Positions 61,545 through 64,000 of a stretch of 64,000 nt of DNA are shown here, piece by piece; within the stretch, counting starts at the first letter, position 1; each line of letters opens with the position of its first letter. The translations under genes were made by a program, and so were the position numbers. This DNA is from Octopus sinensis (Eukaryota): positions 67,084,001 through 67,148,000 of the forward strand of contig NC_043010.1 in the NCBI RefSeq assembly GCF_006345805.1. The letters run 5' to 3'. The notes under the pieces were generated by a model. The model was not told the origin of the DNA, searched no databases, and was given only the letters and a program-made list of their open reading frames with translations.

Positions 61545-61561
61545 TATATATATATATATAA

Positions 61562-61830
61562 TACAAAATAGGACAAGAACGCAAAACATCCAGACAGAGG
61601 ATACAAAAAAAAACAAAACAAGGATGGGTCATTTGGAGTTTTCTTTCCTCAGTCAAGTTCCAAATTATCTTTGCAATTCAAGCTGGTTATACTCGAGATT
61701 GCTCCAATCTGGCCAGCCCCAAGGAAAATCTAAGCTAAGAGCATTAGATTCCTTGGGAAGAAATCAGCAAATGTATACGAAAACAAGGACGGGGGAAAAA
61801 AAAAGGAGAATGTTACACAAATACAAATAA
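61562..61830 (-). mobile_element. Penelope-like terminal-repeat fragment
   Basis: Reverse-complement homologue of 23160-23350 (CCAAGGAATCTAATGCTCTTAGCTTAG...GGGGCTGGCCAGAT). Confidence 0.6.
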
Positions 61831-62703
61831 CAGGACATAACAACAGTGTCTTTAAACTAAGGACAAATTAAATTAATATTTGCATAACTCACTCATACAC
61901 ACCTACACACACACACATACATATGACTATTAGTTCATATAATTTAGTTTCTCACTGTTATACAAATAGATTTGTATCAAGAAAAGCTTATAACTATTTG
62001 AAGTAAAGTTTCTAACATTAAAAAAATAACAAAAAAAAACATTACCAATATTATTCCAAAGTTGGAATAGTTGCTTTTAAGATGTATCAAAATATTGAGC
62101 GCAATATTGTTTCAAATGTGTAAATTTACCAAACTAGCAAACCCACCTCATCATCATCATACTTATTTGGAAGTAAACATCTGTAAATAAGATTCTGTTA
62201 ATGTGAGTTTGAGTGAAGGTTTGTGAATATGAGCATGTGTGTGTGTGTGTGCATGTGAGTGAGTGTGTGAATGAATGTCTGTGTAAGTGAGAGTGTTTGT
62301 GCTACAGTAATTGCCTTATGTTTGATGAAGCTCCACATTCAAATAAATTGTTTCTTTGTGGAGAATGTGTGAGTTAATTATTTATAAGTGAGAGTGAAAG
62401 TAGGCGTGTGGGTGAGGAGGGGAGAGCATTCAAAACGACAGTGGAGTGTGTGCAACTGTAAGTACATGTGTGTGTGCGTGTACATGTGACAGAGAGAGCG
62501 AAAGAGTGGGTGAGTGGAGTGTGCAGAGAGAGGGAGAGTGTGTGTGTGTGTAATTTTCAAAGAAAGAGAGAGAGAGAGAGAGAAGTGGATTGTGTGCAAA
62601 GAGAGGAAGTGGGGAAAAGAGACTCAGTACAGCAAAGTGCATTTGAGAGAGACAGAGAGAGATAGATGGAGACAGTGATAGAAAGAAGTGAGCATGCTAT
62701 ATA

Positions 62704-62764
<61 letters not shown>

Positions 62765-63123
62765 GGGTGTACGCAACTGAGAAACAGTGAATCATGTGCA
62801 ACATGTATAATATATATGTGTGTGTGTGTGTATGTACGTGTATCAGAGAGAGAGAGAGAGTCAAGTGTGTGTGTGTGTGTGTGTGTGTGAGACATAGAGT
62901 CAAGTATGTGTGGAGGAATATGTTTGAGAGAGAGAGAGAGAAAGGGAGTCGATTATGCAAATAGAGAGAGAGAGAGAGATATGTAGAAGCATGATAAGAA
63001 AACATTAAGGCGTTAATAATTAAAACAAAATAATTAGTAATAATCAGAAACTTACAAAGAACAAATTTGAAATACTTTTAATTATTTATGTGTGTGTGTA
63101 TGATATATATATATACACACATT

Positions 63124-63156
<33 letters not shown>

Positions 63157-63363
63157 TCATACATACATGCATATATATATATATACACACACACACACAT
63201 TCATACATGTATACATATATATATATATATATTATATATTCATACATACATGCATATATATATATATACATACATATACACATGCACGTATATAAATATA
63301 TATACACACACACATTCATGTTAGATACAGGCACACACACACTCAGTATACATTGTATGTATG

Positions 63364-63394
<31 letters not shown>

Positions 63395-63719
63395 TCATAC
63401 ATACATGCATATATATATATATTGAAGTTTCCTCCGATTTTTCATATACATTCATATATATATATATATATATATATATTCATGTACACCCACATATGTC
63501 ACATATATACACATACATATGTATGTATATATATATATATATCTTCTTTCTCTTGCCTGTGTGTATAACATGAATGCACATGTGTTGTATTTTGTACGCA
63601 CATTGAATTGGTCAAATCAGTCGCCATTCGTTTTTTTTTATTATTATTATTATTTTTGCTTTGTATTTTTTGTTGGTTTTTTTTGTTGGTTTTTTTTTTT
63701 TTTTTTACCTTACTTTCAG

Positions 63720-63851
63720 ATCATACACAAGACAAATACATCTCGCTCCAGCCGACCCCTCGAATGCCCGTCACCCTCGACTAAATAGGGCGTCCCGACG
63801 AGGGTTCGTCTCTATGGCCACCCCATCAACACCACCACCACCACCACAGCA
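63720..63851 (+). CDS. Candidate internal exon of an unidentified host gene (132 nt, symmetric)
   Basis: A long polypyrimidine tract ending TTACCTTACTTTCAG, a donor GTGAGT at 63852 and CpG-rich unique sequence. One frame is open (SYTRQIHLAPADPSNARHPRLNRASRRGFVSMATPSTPPPPPQ). It could instead be 5' UTR with an ATG at 63814. The product is not recognised. Confidence 0.5.
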
Positions 63852-64000
63852 GTGAGTGTAGAACGGTGGCTAGCCGAGTGAGAGTTTGAGGAGAAGGAGG
63901 AGTCATGTTTGTGTTAAATTATTATTATTATTTTATTTTAGTTATTTATTTAACATAGTATTGTCAATTAGGTTCTCATACATTGTATATTCTTCATGTT

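Overview
This is repeat-saturated, AT-rich eukaryotic DNA. The SINE families, extreme microsatellite load and RTE/R4/Penelope relics look like a coleoid cephalopod, probably Octopus; this is inferred from recognising the repeats, not from a database search. There is no complete protein-coding gene, and almost every ORF in the supplied track is a translation of simple repeats. The window reads as intronic or intergenic DNA with one well-delimited exon candidate at 63720-63851 (+). Supported features are: about 30 copies of five SINE-like families; decayed LINEs (R4/Dong twice, L1/Tx1, CR1, RTE, HERO-like); Penelope-like pieces; a full-length dead mariner and a deleted one; a hAT MITE with an 8-bp TSD; a piggyBac-like MITE; two non-autonomous Helitrons; and a U6 snRNA copy split into two oppositely oriented halves. 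The most unusual structure is a 9-kb tripartite domain (27725-36860), a 6.1-kb 22/23-bp CpG/GATC satellite between two almost G/C-free A-tract blocks. Other items worth checking are Penelope-linked minimal hammerhead motifs sharing a non-canonical core base, an orphan coiled-coil ORF between two 45-bp arrays, and two near-perfect fold-back hairpins. I cannot show from sequence alone that any of these is a new functional system. Coordinates were counted by eye, so boundaries of degraded repeats may be off by tens of bases.
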